Positions 24,101 through 36,446 of a stretch of DNA of 64,000 nt are shown piece after piece (positions within the stretch are counted from its first letter, which is position 1; each line of letters starts with the position of its first letter). The translations under genes and the position numbers were made by a program. Below the pieces are notes generated by a model. That model was not told the origin of the DNA. It did no database searches and saw only the letters and a list, made by a program, of their open reading frames with translations. This DNA comes from Amoebidium appalachense. Its lineage: Eukaryota; Protista; Ichthyosporea. The stretch is taken from positions 3,930,267 through 3,994,266 of the forward strand of contig CAVNZM010000006.1 in the NCBI GenBank assembly GCA_963693365.1, read 5' to 3'.

Positions 24101-25132
24101 ATGTCCAGTATGCCGTGCTCTAATCCCTTTCGGGGCTACCAAATCCACTACCTCGAAACACCATGGCAAGGATTTTTCAGCAAGCAACTGCACACACACA
24201 CAGGCATACGGGTTGTATCACACGCATGTGTCTCAGGCGCCGCCCTGTTTGAAGCTGCAAGACGGATCGACCGGCAGCTTGAAAACGCACCCCAACTAGC
24301 ACGTAATCTCTCTGTTCTGGGCGTTGTCATGCAAGTTATCGGCAAGGACCAACAGTGTTCCGACCTTCCAGAATTCGCAGACAAGCGCAAAAACGCTGAA
24401 GAAATGAGTGAGTTTAATGAGAGAGGGAGGGGGTATGGTGGGTTCTATGCTTCGTGTGGGGAGGAGAATCTACTGCGCCTTCCTTGTGACCGTTACAAAG
24501 ACCATCGCGACATCTGCACGCATGAGTTTGCGCACACATGCCTACAATACGGCCTTGATGAGAATGTGAGAAGACTTGTACAAGCGCAACTACAAGCATC
24601 CATGGGTTCTGGAAGGTGGCACGGCGCGTACGCATCCACAAACTTTGAAGAGTTTTTCGCCGAATTGAGCATGTGGTATTTTAATAGTAGAGGGGACTAC
24701 GGAACTATTACGCCTATCCCGCAAGAGGGATCTGAGTGGCTTAAGGCCTATGACCCGGATGCCTTTTCCCTTCTAAACTCAATCTATCGTGGAAGGTTGG
24801 TGCCAAAAGATGTTAAGGTGCTTGATCTGAAACCACAACCCAGCTGCAGAAGAGGGCTATTGCGATCGTCGAATGGGGACAGTGCAACGCTTATTATCAT
24901 GAACGAAACAGCACACGAGTTGGAGTGCAAGTGGGTAGATTATAGTGGCGAACTAGTGGGCTATGGGAGCATTTTCCCTGGATGCAATAGATCGAACAAC
25001 ACGTACACGAACCATGTTTGGTGGTTCATGAACGATCAGGCTGGATTGAGGTTTGGGCCATATGTTGTGAGCTCAAGTGAGAGTATTTGCCGTATAGTCC
25101 TAACGTCAGATGTAAGCGCATCAATAAGGTAA
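24101..25132 (+). CDS. Zinc metalloprotease (HEFAH; lethal-factor/ATLF-like fold) fused to a C-terminal VHL beta-like domain, intronless
   Basis: Contains RGRGYGG, CGEENLL, DICTHEFAH, YASTNFEEFFAE and LKAYDPDAFSLL. The C-terminal ATLIIMNETAHELECKWVDYSGELVGYGSIFPG...TYTNHVW follows the VHL-beta pattern (N-x-S/T...W-x-D/N-x-x-G...Y...PG...TY-x-x-H-x-W). Confidence 0.85.
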   Translation: MSSMPCSNPFRGYQIHYLETPWQGFFSKQLHTHTGIRVVSHACVSGAALFEAARRIDRQLENAPQLARNLSVLGVVMQVIGKDQQCSDLPEFADKRKNAEEMSEFNERGRGYGGFYASCGEENLLRLPCDRYKDHRDICTHEFAHTCLQYGLDENVRRLVQAQLQASMGSGRWHGAYASTNFEEFFAELSMWYFNSRGDYGTITPIPQEGSEWLKAYDPDAFSLLNSIYRGRLVPKDVKVLDLKPQPSCRRGLLRSSNGDSATLIIMNETAHELECKWVDYSGELVGYGSIFPGCNRSNNTYTNHVWWFMNDQAGLRFGPYVVSSSESICRIVLTSDVSASIR

Positions 25133-25417
25133 CCTGTAAGGGGTATCTGATAACAATAACCGAGGCATTTTCTTGAGTAACGGGAGGAGGGGGAGGGGGT
25201 TGGGGGGGGGGGGGGGGGGGAGGGGGGGGGGGGGGGGGAGAGGCAACTTGCAAGGAAAGGTAGCCAGTTGGGTCACATGATGCCCCATGATGCCTTGAAA
25301 CAGGCAGAAGCCAGTGTGTGTTACGTATGTACGTACAGTAGCTCGTTTCATGGGATATTTTTTTTTTGGGTGTGTGTGTACAAGTCCGAAGGGGAGGGGA
25401 GGGGGGGGGGGGGGGGG

Positions 25418-25775
25418 TTGAATGCGTCAAAAAGTACGAAGTACACAAGAACAAACGGATAACACGATGCAGAACGCAAGCCATACATAAAGAGTATGCA
25501 TAATAAGCAGAGCCCATCCTCAGGGGGGGCCCACGTCATCCACAGTACCCGAGTTTCGCCCTATTCACCTCGTTGACAAAACCCAACTCGGATACTGTTT
25601 CACTTGAACTGGGTAGGTCACCCGTCTTGATCAGAGACGAGCAGGGTTGCTTATGCAGGCAAGGGCAGTGGGAAAGGCCGGGGGTTAAAGTTGCAGCAGT
25701 AAGCAGAAGCAAGAAAAATATAGATAGGAACTCAGGAGACGGGGCTACTAGGAAGCTCCCCCGTCGCTACCTAAG
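25418..25775 (-). mobile_element. Structured repeat subfamily A, full-length intergenic copy
   Basis: Near-identical to 20818-21178, with G runs on both flanks. Confidence 0.88.
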
Positions 25776-25963
25776 GGGGGAAAGTAGAGGAGGCCCGTTG
25801 GCAGAGTCCAGCATGCTCACATATGCATATAGGATTCTCAGCCACACAGAAATCATGTCAAGAGTCCATATGTGGTTTATCGCTGTTGAACTTCAACCGC
25901 TTATGCACTGGCAGCAGGGAGCCTTAGGGGCGGGGCGGGGCGGGGGGCCGGGGGGCCGGGGGG

Positions 25964-26031
<68 letters not shown>

Positions 26032-27398
26032 GTCAGATACTGAGACCTATCCCCTCCACACCCCTCTACCCCGCCACCTCCCCGCCCCCCCTTCCCTCCC
26101 TCCCCCTCCCCCCTCCCCCCACACTCTTCCACTGCATGCAGACGTCATGCATCCACATTGCCACGGCCTCGCTGCGTACAGCAGCAGTAGTTTAGCAATC
26201 GCGTGTCCTGCCATGCATTCCATGGTATTCCCAATATCCCCCTGGCCTGCCACTCCATCACATACACCGTGTACACCTCCGGGCCATGGCCACCGTCACA
26301 AACACACATCATGCCGGATCAGTTGCGGGTTCCTGCAGTCTTCCGGCAGTGTATACATGTACTTCATGAAGAACGAGATAAAAAAAAATGATATTTAAGC
26401 AGCGTGGCTTAGCATCAATCATGCCAAACAACTGAGAATCTAAAAACACAACTTTGCACAAGCCAAATTACAGTAGTGGCATGTGGCAAGGGATTGCATA
26501 TCACAGCAACATCTCAGGCACACCTTGCGCATAATTATAACTGCCTGCAATCTCAGCCATTCCTCTCCTTCCCCTACCAACGAAACTTTGTGGTGCACAC
26601 ACAACCCCTCCTCCTGCCCAGCCCCTTAACCCCCAGCTGTGCTCCACAACCTTGGCAACAAAAACCCGCCCCACCTTCACTTTCCTCCACCGGTCCGGAC
26701 TACCCGACCAACTACCGCAGGAGATGTAGCAACGGTGCGATTCTTTCCACTTGTGTTGGTGATAATTCGGGGCAAATGCCTATTTTCTCACTTTCCCCTT
26801 TCATATCCAACCCTCCCCTCCCCTCCCTCCCCCCGCCCGCCCGCCCCTCCCCCACGCCCGCCCCCACCTACACCCGCACCCACCCATCCACCCACCCAGT
26901 GTCCCTGCCGGTCCGCCCTTTCCGTACAGTCAACACCGTATACGTTTCTCCTTTCCAGTCAGATCCGACAGCATGATCATGATCCAGACCAACTGGGTTT
27001 ATTGTACATGTGTGTTCAGTCTCTATTGTGAAGCATGTCTAAAACTAAGCATGGCAACGTTGTAACGCACGTGCGTTTCCTCTTGCAAGTAAACAGCGGC
27101 GTGTGAAAATATTGCTTTACTATCTACTGCTGTAGTTGTGCTATAACGCCGTCTTGCACTAACAAACCTGTTGCTGCAGACAACTAGGATCGGACTTCCG
27201 CTAGAATGTCCTACGTATGAAATGAAGTCCCATCTGAAGGATTTCGTGCAAAAAAGCGAAGCCTGCCAACGTTTTCCAGTATCATTATAACAACTCCAAA
27301 CCAACTAAACGGTAGGCTAACTGAGAAAGCCTCGAAAGGGTGAGAAAACGTCCTAAAAATGTCCCTCTGAAAACACGTGAACTGTTGACTGAGTCGCA

Positions 27399-28100
27399 TC
27401 GCGTGGATCTAAATATCTAAGTATCTAGATTGTTAAATTTACGTATAAAACGTCCGCAATCCGATCGATCTGGTAAATGTTAAAGTTTGCACAAAATCTA
27501 GATTGATTTCGACCCTCCTCCAGATGGGCGAATCTGGAAGAGGGGGGGAGGGGGTTTTCTAGATGTCTGGGATGAGACGATTGGTCTTTGGAATTCGCCT
27601 AAATATCTCTTATCCAATAGAATTGCAATCTGCGATCTAGATAATTCAGTTTCTAAACTGCTCTACACGAATCGAGCAGACTTTTATATATTTAGAGAAC
27701 GACATTAGTTCTCTAAATTCGCCGAGCATTTAGATATTATGTCACTTCGCGTGGATCTAAATATCTAAATACTCGGCGAATTTAGAGAACCAAAGCCGTT
27801 CTCTAAGTATCTAAAAGTCTGCTCGATTCGCGTAGAGCAGTTTAGAAACTGAGTTATCTAGATCGGAAATCGCAATTCTATTGGATAAAGATATTTAGGC
27901 AGGTTCCAAGGACCAATCGCCTCATCCCAGACATCTAGGAGACCCCCCCCCCTCCCCCTCTTCCAGATTCGCCCATCTGGAAGAGGGTAAATCGATCTAG
28001 ATTTTATGCAAACTTTAAAACGTTAACAGATCGATCGGATTGCGGACATTTATACGTAAATTTAACAATCTAGATATTCAGATATCTAGATCCACGCGAA
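27399..28100. mobile_element. Two inverted copies of a ~350-bp MITE-like element forming a 700-bp imperfect palindrome
   Basis: 27399-27740 is a diverged reverse complement of 27760-28100. The terminal motif TCGCGTGGATCTA(A/G)ATATCT occurs at 27399, at 27747 and inverted ending at 28099. No TSD was seen. Confidence 0.75.
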
Positions 28101-30041
28101 GCGGCTCATTCAGATCCACGCTCTGCGACTCAATTTTTTTGAACGGTGCCGCGGAGGTTGAAATTGGTGCAGAGTATCTCCACCAATCAAAAAACTGTGT
28201 CCTTGAAGCTGGCCGGCTCATGGAATGCATTGTGAAAAGAAATGGTATTGAAGCATAATAAAAGTAACAATAGTATACACAGAATATATTGGAGATAGAA
28301 TTAAATAAATCTTTTTTTTTTTTTTTGGATTCTTGAAACGGCTGTTCTTTTCTGTCTTGAGCCTGTTGGGATGCGATGACCATCAGGTTCCGTTTTCTAT
28401 TATAAGCTGAATTGGGTGAATGATATGCTGCTAATCAAATGAGGATCAATGCTGAGTCGCCGCCGCCCGGCGCTCGCGGCCGGGATTATTATCACTACCA
28501 TGACCAGCATTCAACGGCCCGTTGGTTTTCATGTAAGCTATTAACGCATATAATTATGTGCTAAAGTTATCTGATGCATTATGTATTGCCGTTTGAGCCC
28601 CGGCAGTATTTGTGGCTCCTTTAATAAAGCATTACTTGCTCCATCCTGTTGCACATGCATCCACGTGTGCTGCCTAGCCTTGTACCCTTCCATTTGACCA
28701 ATCCCATCTGGTCTCTACCAAAAAGATATTTGCCGCGCTAAATCTAATTAATTTCTTTTCTTTGATTGGATTTATCAAGGCATTTTCAAAAACATCCAAT
28801 TTGGATTGGCCAAGAAGGTACCACGGCATTTGGCAACAGGAAATGCGGACGTTGAAAGGGGTAATGAAAATGCTTGAGCTTCATGTAACCGAGAATATGT
28901 GCCCCGATAACGCACGAGCATTTTTTTTCAGCTCTAAATGAATGTAAATGTTATTTAAGGCTCTCACTGTGAATTTTAATATCATTTTTATGTATTCTAG
29001 TTGACCTACGGCTAAACATATTACTAAGTACATACCCTGAACCACCTGATATTACATGTATACGGCAGGGGCATCTCCATGCACGAAAATCACATTTTTG
29101 CCGCGCTCTGTGTTATTGTCCAGCCGTGGCTGTGAGTGTTCCCAGCATTTCGCCGGAGTCATTTTTCGTTGCCAGCCACAAAGGGCACTGCGTTCAGAAA
29201 TATTGTCGTTTTAGCCCTTGCGGCGCGAAAGGAAACAGATTTAGAAACCGAAATACAAGTGGTTTTACTTAGTTATTGGCACATAAACTTTATAAGGGGT
29301 TCCCCTTCTTTAGTCCCTGGGTAACATAGCTGTTAGGCAGGCGGAAACAGCGACCACCCAAGTCCTCTCCGACCAAGAGGTCAGTTGAATCCCTCTTCAC
29401 ACCGTTTTTGTTTCTTTTATTTACTTCGACGGATGCATGCTTGCAAACTATCTGTCTTTGGTCTCGTAAAACGGAAACGCTTTTTGGCGAGCTCTAAGCC
29501 ATGAGCCAGTGGTGTTCTTTGCGAGCTTTCGGATTCTTTGCGGGCTTTCGAGCGGTTGGATGTAGCAACCTGATCTCTATAGCCACAAACAGAGTTTCTA
29601 ATTCTTTAGGGCAAGACTTGTCCGGTTATTGCATGTGAAAGCAGGCATGGTTGGGGGCAGGCCATGCTATTTAAGGAACTTTATTTTCTTGCGTGAACCG
29701 AGACTTGGGCTGGCGGCAAGGGTGTTAACAAAGCTAGTTGGGCAACGGGGGAGTTTGGAATATAAGTGGATAGGGCTTGCTTTGCATTTGGTATCATTGA
29801 ATGGTTGAGGTCGGGAAAGAAGGAAGCCAGTACCACTGAGGAGGGGCTTGTGGTAAGGTTGATTACGAGGTTTGAAGGGAGAACGAAAGCTGGATGTTCG
29901 TGCAGTGCTCTCTTTTGCTACCCTGCAAGAGAAAGAGTTGTTGTTTTTCTGGTAGATGAGTGTGCTTTTCAGTCACAGTATGTTTCGATAGAGGTTCTTA
30001 ACGTGTGGCTTCCTTTGTGTGGTGTGGTTTCACGTTTATGT

Positions 30042-30203
30042 GGACCCTTAGTTCCCCCGCTCTCTATACTTTGCTTCACCATATGTATGGTCACTTCCCG
30101 TTGGAAACACCACCTGGTATTTAACGGACCCTTATTCCCCCGCTCTCTATACTTTGCTTCACCATATGTATGGTCACTTCCCGTTGGAAACACCACCTGG
30201 TAT
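30042..30203. repeat. Tandem duplication of an ~84-bp unit
   Basis: ggacccttagttcccccgctctctatactttgcttcaccatatgtatggtcacttcccgttggaaacaccacctggtat starts at 30042 and again at 30126. Confidence 0.9.
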
Positions 30204-31115
30204 ATAACCTTACAGAAATGCTTTTCTGATCCACACAAGTTTTAGCATAGTCCCGTTGAAAAGCACGCACTGTTCCATCCCTGGTTGCTGCCACTCTTTA
30301 TTCTATGATGCTACACATGGGATTTTCCTTTCTCCCCCCTTTTCCCCACCAACTTCTATTGCCCCTTTCCTCTCCCTCCTGCCTCTACTTGTCCATGTTC
30401 ACAACAAAACCTCTGGACCTGTTTCCTCTCTGTGCATGCTCTGCATTCCAAATCGACCGCCCCACTACTAGTGCATGCTCACCATTTCTATGTGGGGCCT
30501 CCCTTTTTTCAGTCTCCTGTTTGTTTGCACCCCTTTTGCCCCCTACCCCCTTCTCTTTCCCTGCTGGGTCACTACCATCCAGTCGACTAGAAGCAAGTGA
30601 TCAAATCAACCATCTATGTGCGGCATCGAACCTATCTTGCTCCCGCTTGTACACAACCATATGTTCACGAGTTCATGTTTACCGTATTCGGCTGACACAA
30701 CTTTTTTCTTCGTGTCTTCCTGTTTCTTTCCTTCTGTGGCTTGCTTATTTGGATTGATGGCACCCACACCGCACAGTAAGGAAGTGTGGACATGTCAGAG
30801 AGGGATTCTGGGGTTGTTGTGGTTCTATTTCTCTTCAGAGAAGGTGCTGAGAGCTAGAGGTGGGGAGAGAGGAAGAATATGGGGGTGGAAGGGGGGGGGG
30901 GGGGGGGGCTGGAGGGGTGGATAGGCGTTTGTGTGTGTGTGGCTTGCGCCGGGGGGAGGGGGGGGGGTATGTTTATGTTTCTTTTTATAACATGTTTCTT
31001 TGTATAACAATCAATACGACATAATTGTTGTTGGTTTTTTCTTTGAAAACGAAGCCAAAGGTGGCTCTTTTGCTGTACTCACGTGCATGTTGCTTTTCAG
31101 GTCCACATGCGAAAA

Positions 31116-31426
31116 ATGGGGCAGCAAATCTCGTCCATGTTGAAGAAGGACAAGTCGGGGTCCAACCCCGTGGAGCAGCAGTTAGAGGAGTCCAGGCTCA
31201 AGGGCTTGCTCCAGTTCAAAGTTCTTCTTCTTGGTAACAGCCCCCCCCCCCCCCCCCCCCCCCCCCCCACACACATACACACACACAACCCCCCTCTTCC
31301 TGCCGTATCCCTGTTCCTCGTACTCTATAACATGTTCTAAACCTCCTCCCCCCTTTCCCCCTTCTTCCTGCTGTGTTCTGTAACACAACCTCTTCCCCCC
31401 CCCCCCCCCCCCTCCCCCCCCCCTGG

Positions 31427-31465
<39 letters not shown>

Positions 31466-32206
31466 CTGTTTTGTCGTGTTCCGTGCTTTACTCTGTGAGT
31501 TCTCCTCTCCACGCTATCTTGCATACCTCCCCCCCCCCCCCCCCCCCCCCAAACTCTGCTCTTTCGTGTTGGCCTGTTCCGTTGTAGTGCCCTGCGTGTA
31601 TCCGTTTAGTTCGCATTGGATAACACCCCCCCTCTCCCTTCCCACTCCAGCCCTTGGTTTGTCCCTCAAAACGAAAAGAGCGGGTGCTGTTTCTCTCTCC
31701 CCCCGCCTCCCCCATTGCACTCTTTGTGTATTCTTCCATTCCCTCCCCCTGCTCCTCCCCCCTGGTTAAACACACACACACCGCACGACCACAACCACAG
31801 CCACCACTTCACAACCACACATCTCTCTCTCTCTTACTCCCCCCCCCCCCCCCCCCCCCTCTCACTCTCTCCCCCCTCCCCCTCTCTCTCTTGTGTGTGT
31901 GTGCGCGCGCGTCTTCCCCCCCCCCCCCCACCCCTACCCTTCCCCTTCCCACGTCCTCTGTATGCATATTGCCCCCAAGGTTCTACTAAGTTTTCGGTGC
32001 TAGCATTGTGCTTCCTTGTCCGAGCCTGTTCCCCTTAGTTTTCCTCATGTGTGGGCTTCAGATGGTCTTATCCATAACCATTGGCCTTCTACTAACCTCT
32101 TTCCTCCCTCGTCCTTCCTATCCTTGTTCTTCCTCTACCTCCCAACACAGTTCACGTTTGAAATCTCAATCCCCCCCTCCCCCCCCCCCCCCCCTCCCCC
32201 AACCAC

Positions 32207-32271
<65 letters not shown>

Positions 32272-32888
32272 TGCCTTTCACACATTTACCCTCCCGCAAA
32301 AACATGCACACAACCACACACCCACATACACATGCAGGTGCCGGTGAGTGCGGTAAAAGTACAGTGCTAAAGCAGGTTAAGTTGGTGCACAAAATTGGCT
32401 TCACGGACCAGGAAATGCGAGACTTTGGTGTCAACCTACAGCGTAACACCGTACAGTCCATGCAGGTTTTGATAGAGGCCTGCAAAACCGTAAACCCACC
32501 CGTCCCCATCGAGGACCCAGAACTCCAGGTGATATTTCCAGCCCTGCATGTTCCCTGTGTGTGTGGTAGTTTTGCTCTTGGAAGGAGTGGATGACATAGG
32601 GATTTATCGATAAGCAAGCCCTCGTATGCATTCAGTAGATTGACTGTACCGGATAGCCTCTACAATGTGACGTCAGCATACATGCGAGCATTTAGGCCGA
32701 TTCTTGTGCACAGACACACGGAACTGTGCATGCTCGGACGTTCCTCCGTGGCCAATCTCCTTTGCTACTTTTAACAGGCTTAGCGGGTACTAAGCATACC
32801 GCCAATCATCACACACACACACACACACACACTCACTCACTCACTCACTCACTCACTCACACGATAGGGGGAGCATGGGGGGGTTTTG

Positions 32889-32926
<38 letters not shown>

Positions 32927-33362
32927 TTATGTACTGGGTAATGACGTACAACTGATAGTCAAAGGCGAAGTGTCAAAGGGGGAAGGTTTGTTGCACCGCG
33001 GGGAGAGGTTGGGGGAGGGAGAATGGGAGGGGAGGGGGGGGGGGGGGGGGGGGAGGGGCGGCGGCATTAGAGTGATTGGTGAAACAGGTGCCTTACATAG
33101 ACACTAAATACAAGCACAAGCTAAGCAGCTTCTATTAGAAACAAGCCGTTGTTAACTGATGCGCTAACACTCTCTTGCAACCAGGCACACTGCGAGAAGG
33201 TGGCCAAATTCGAGTTTGAGAACGAGCTGTGCAACATCCCACACGATGTCGTGAAGAGCATCCAGGCATGCTGGGCCGGCCAGCCAATCAGGGACGTGTG
33301 GGAGCGGCGCACCGAGTTCTGGTGCTTGGACTCCATTGATTAGTGAGTGTGCCCTAAAAGGA

Positions 33363-33434
<72 letters not shown>

Positions 33435-33524
33435 AAGGAGGGAAGGGGGAGGGGTGGCGGTGGTTGTGCATGTGGTTATAAATGTGCTTGTATGTTGATG
33501 TGTAAGTGAGGCTCTCTTGCTGTG

Positions 33525-33604
<80 letters not shown>

Positions 33605-34583
33605 GGGGGGGGATCTTGTTAAATTTGAATTCACGTACAGCATATGTGCTTCACATTGCTTCTTCCCCCTCACCCTACCCCCTCCCTTTCCCCCCTTTCT
33701 CCCCTCGAGCAGTTTCCTGGGCGCCTATAATCGAGATATAACCACATCTGCTCATGGCTGAATTGCTTTCTCCCCCTAAACGCCATAGATATGAAATGCG
33801 TGAGAGGGAGTACAGAAAGGGGAGAAGAGGGAAGGGAAGTAGGGGGCCGCGGGGGGGGGGGGGGGGGAGGGCAGGAGAGTTCAGGAGAACCACATTAGAG
33901 CCTGTAGAACGCTCTTTCGTTCTTTATCGCCTTGTCGTTATTGTTCACAAGGGAGACTAAAATTGCATTTTGTGGCAGTTACTATGACAAGAGGAGGGGA
34001 GGGGGGGGGGGGGGGGGGGGTAAGGGGAATCGCATCTGTATGACATCCCTCCGTTCTTTGCCACCGTGTGGTTTTGGTGCACGCAGGAGCCGAACCTTGC
34101 TTTTTCGCTGAGCCTCCTCTTTTCTTTACCACCGTTTCGTTTATGCGTTTACATTAGACTAACATTGCCTTTTTGGGGGCAGCTACTTTGACAATGTTGA
34201 GCGTTACTGCGAGTCAGACTTCAAGCCAGACGAGCAGGACTGTGTGATGGCCCGCATCATTACCACGGGCATAGTCACCACTGAGTTCGAGAACCCACCC
34301 ATCAACTTCCAGTATGTGTACCCCCGTGTTGCCCCCGCCTATAGAATATTATATGAGTCTCGAGGTGTTAATACTTGGTGTGATGATTTGATATGTTTAA
34401 GGGATTCTGGCTGAACAAATGCTTTGAATTTCTAGTTTGCTTCCGTGGGTTTAACGTCTTTGCTTTTTTTTTTGCCAACCTACAATGCTTCCCCCCTTCC
34501 CTCCCCCTCCCCGCTCCCTCCTCCTCCTCTTCACACAGACACACACATGGGAGGTGGAGGCGCGTGCCTCCGGGCGGGCGGGG

Positions 34584-34620
<37 letters not shown>

Positions 34621-35055
34621 CGTGCGGGTGGTACATTTGTGTCGGTGTTCGTGTGGTGGTTTTGTGTTTGTGTGTGTGTGTTTTGGGGGGGGGGGAGGGG
34701 GGGGGGGGAGTGCCAGTGCTGACCACAAAGCATGTGTGCAGGCTTATCGATGTGGGTGGGCAGCGTAACGAGCGCAGAAAGTGGATCCACTGCTTTGATG
34801 ACGTCACGGCAATCATCTACCTGGTCAACCTGGGAGGGTACGTGCCCTGCCTCCGTGCTGTGGGTCTCTCTCGTGTGTGTGTTGGGGGGTGGGGGGGGGG
34901 AGGGAAGACGATACCTGCTGGTGTGCTCCTCTTACGAGAGAAGACGATTATATTTGAGCGTCATTTCCTTTGCTTTCTAGACCCCACCACCACCACGTTT
35001 TCAAACTTTTCTCTGCAACATGATGACACCCAGCTCGCACACACTAACGCACGCC

Positions 35056-35088
<33 letters not shown>

Positions 35089-35333
35089 TCCCCACACACC
35101 TTCCCCACACACACACATGTCATCAGTGCGCACCACAACCATCACAGCGACTACACACACATGCAATATCTCACCCTGGTCATTTCCTTGCACCCACTCT
35201 CAGTACGTCATCCCGATTATGGAGCCACCTCCACACGCACCTTTCCCTTACAATTTGCACATCGCTCATGACTCCCAGCGCACATAGTTCTACATGCTCA
35301 TACATGCTTACCCCCCCCCCCCCCCCCCCCCCC

Positions 35334-35374
<41 letters not shown>

Positions 35375-35475
35375 TCACACATATTCACACACACACCTCA
35401 TTCTTTTTCTTCTACCTCCTCTACTCATTCGTCTGCTCTTTCTCTCTCTCTGTTACTACCCGCATTCTCCGCTCC

Positions 35476-35520
<45 letters not shown>

Positions 35521-36366
35521 ACCCACCCACCCACCCCTTATTATGCATACTCTTGATGTATGATTTGCACTCTGCATCGTGTTATCCGTTGTTCATGTGT
35601 ACTTCGTACTTTATGACGCATTCAAACCCCCCTTCAATTCCCCTGGGGGGATCCTTTACCATGCACACGTGCGCGCACACACAGACACCTGCGCAAACAC
35701 ACATGCACACACACATGCCTCTCCCGGGGCCTATGTATAGATAGGCTTTGGCAGGCATGCACCACTAAGGATCCCGTTTCCTTGTTTCCCATGCCGCTGC
35801 GATGTAGAACCTATGTCCACAGAGTCACAGCACTGCGAAACCACGTCTCATTGCGATTGCCCCTTTTGCCCACTATTTTGTTATGTGCAGCTATGTGGCT
35901 GTTGCGTAAACACCAATCACACATATCATGCCCACCCGAAGTGTATACTTGTGCCTGGGCATCGATGCATTACACATGTGCATGTCAACAAACCATGCTC
36001 AACACACACCAAATATTTTGTTGTTCCTACTCAGACATACACACCATGTCATTGCCTGTGTGATTAAGTGTCCATATAGTCAAACACAACATGACGCTTG
36101 CACGGTCGACACAAACACACCATCCCATCTCCTACGTGCTACACCCACAATTGCACCCAGAGAGACACAATTTCATTTCCAACGTGCAAAGTAGTAGTGT
36201 GCATCCACACAGACACACCAAAATACTCCCACGTTATACACACAACACCCGCCCCACCTCTACACACGTGTGCACCCAAACAAACACACTGTGTCACTTC
36301 TTATGCGCCACACAGCATCGTGCACTTCTTGAAAACACCACTCGCAAACATTATGTTTTGGGGTCC

Positions 36367-36446
<80 letters not shown>

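Noticed and set aside
26140-26976. Short non-repetitive ORFs between the metalloprotease and the palindrome
   Set aside because: No recognisable motif or consistent splice model.
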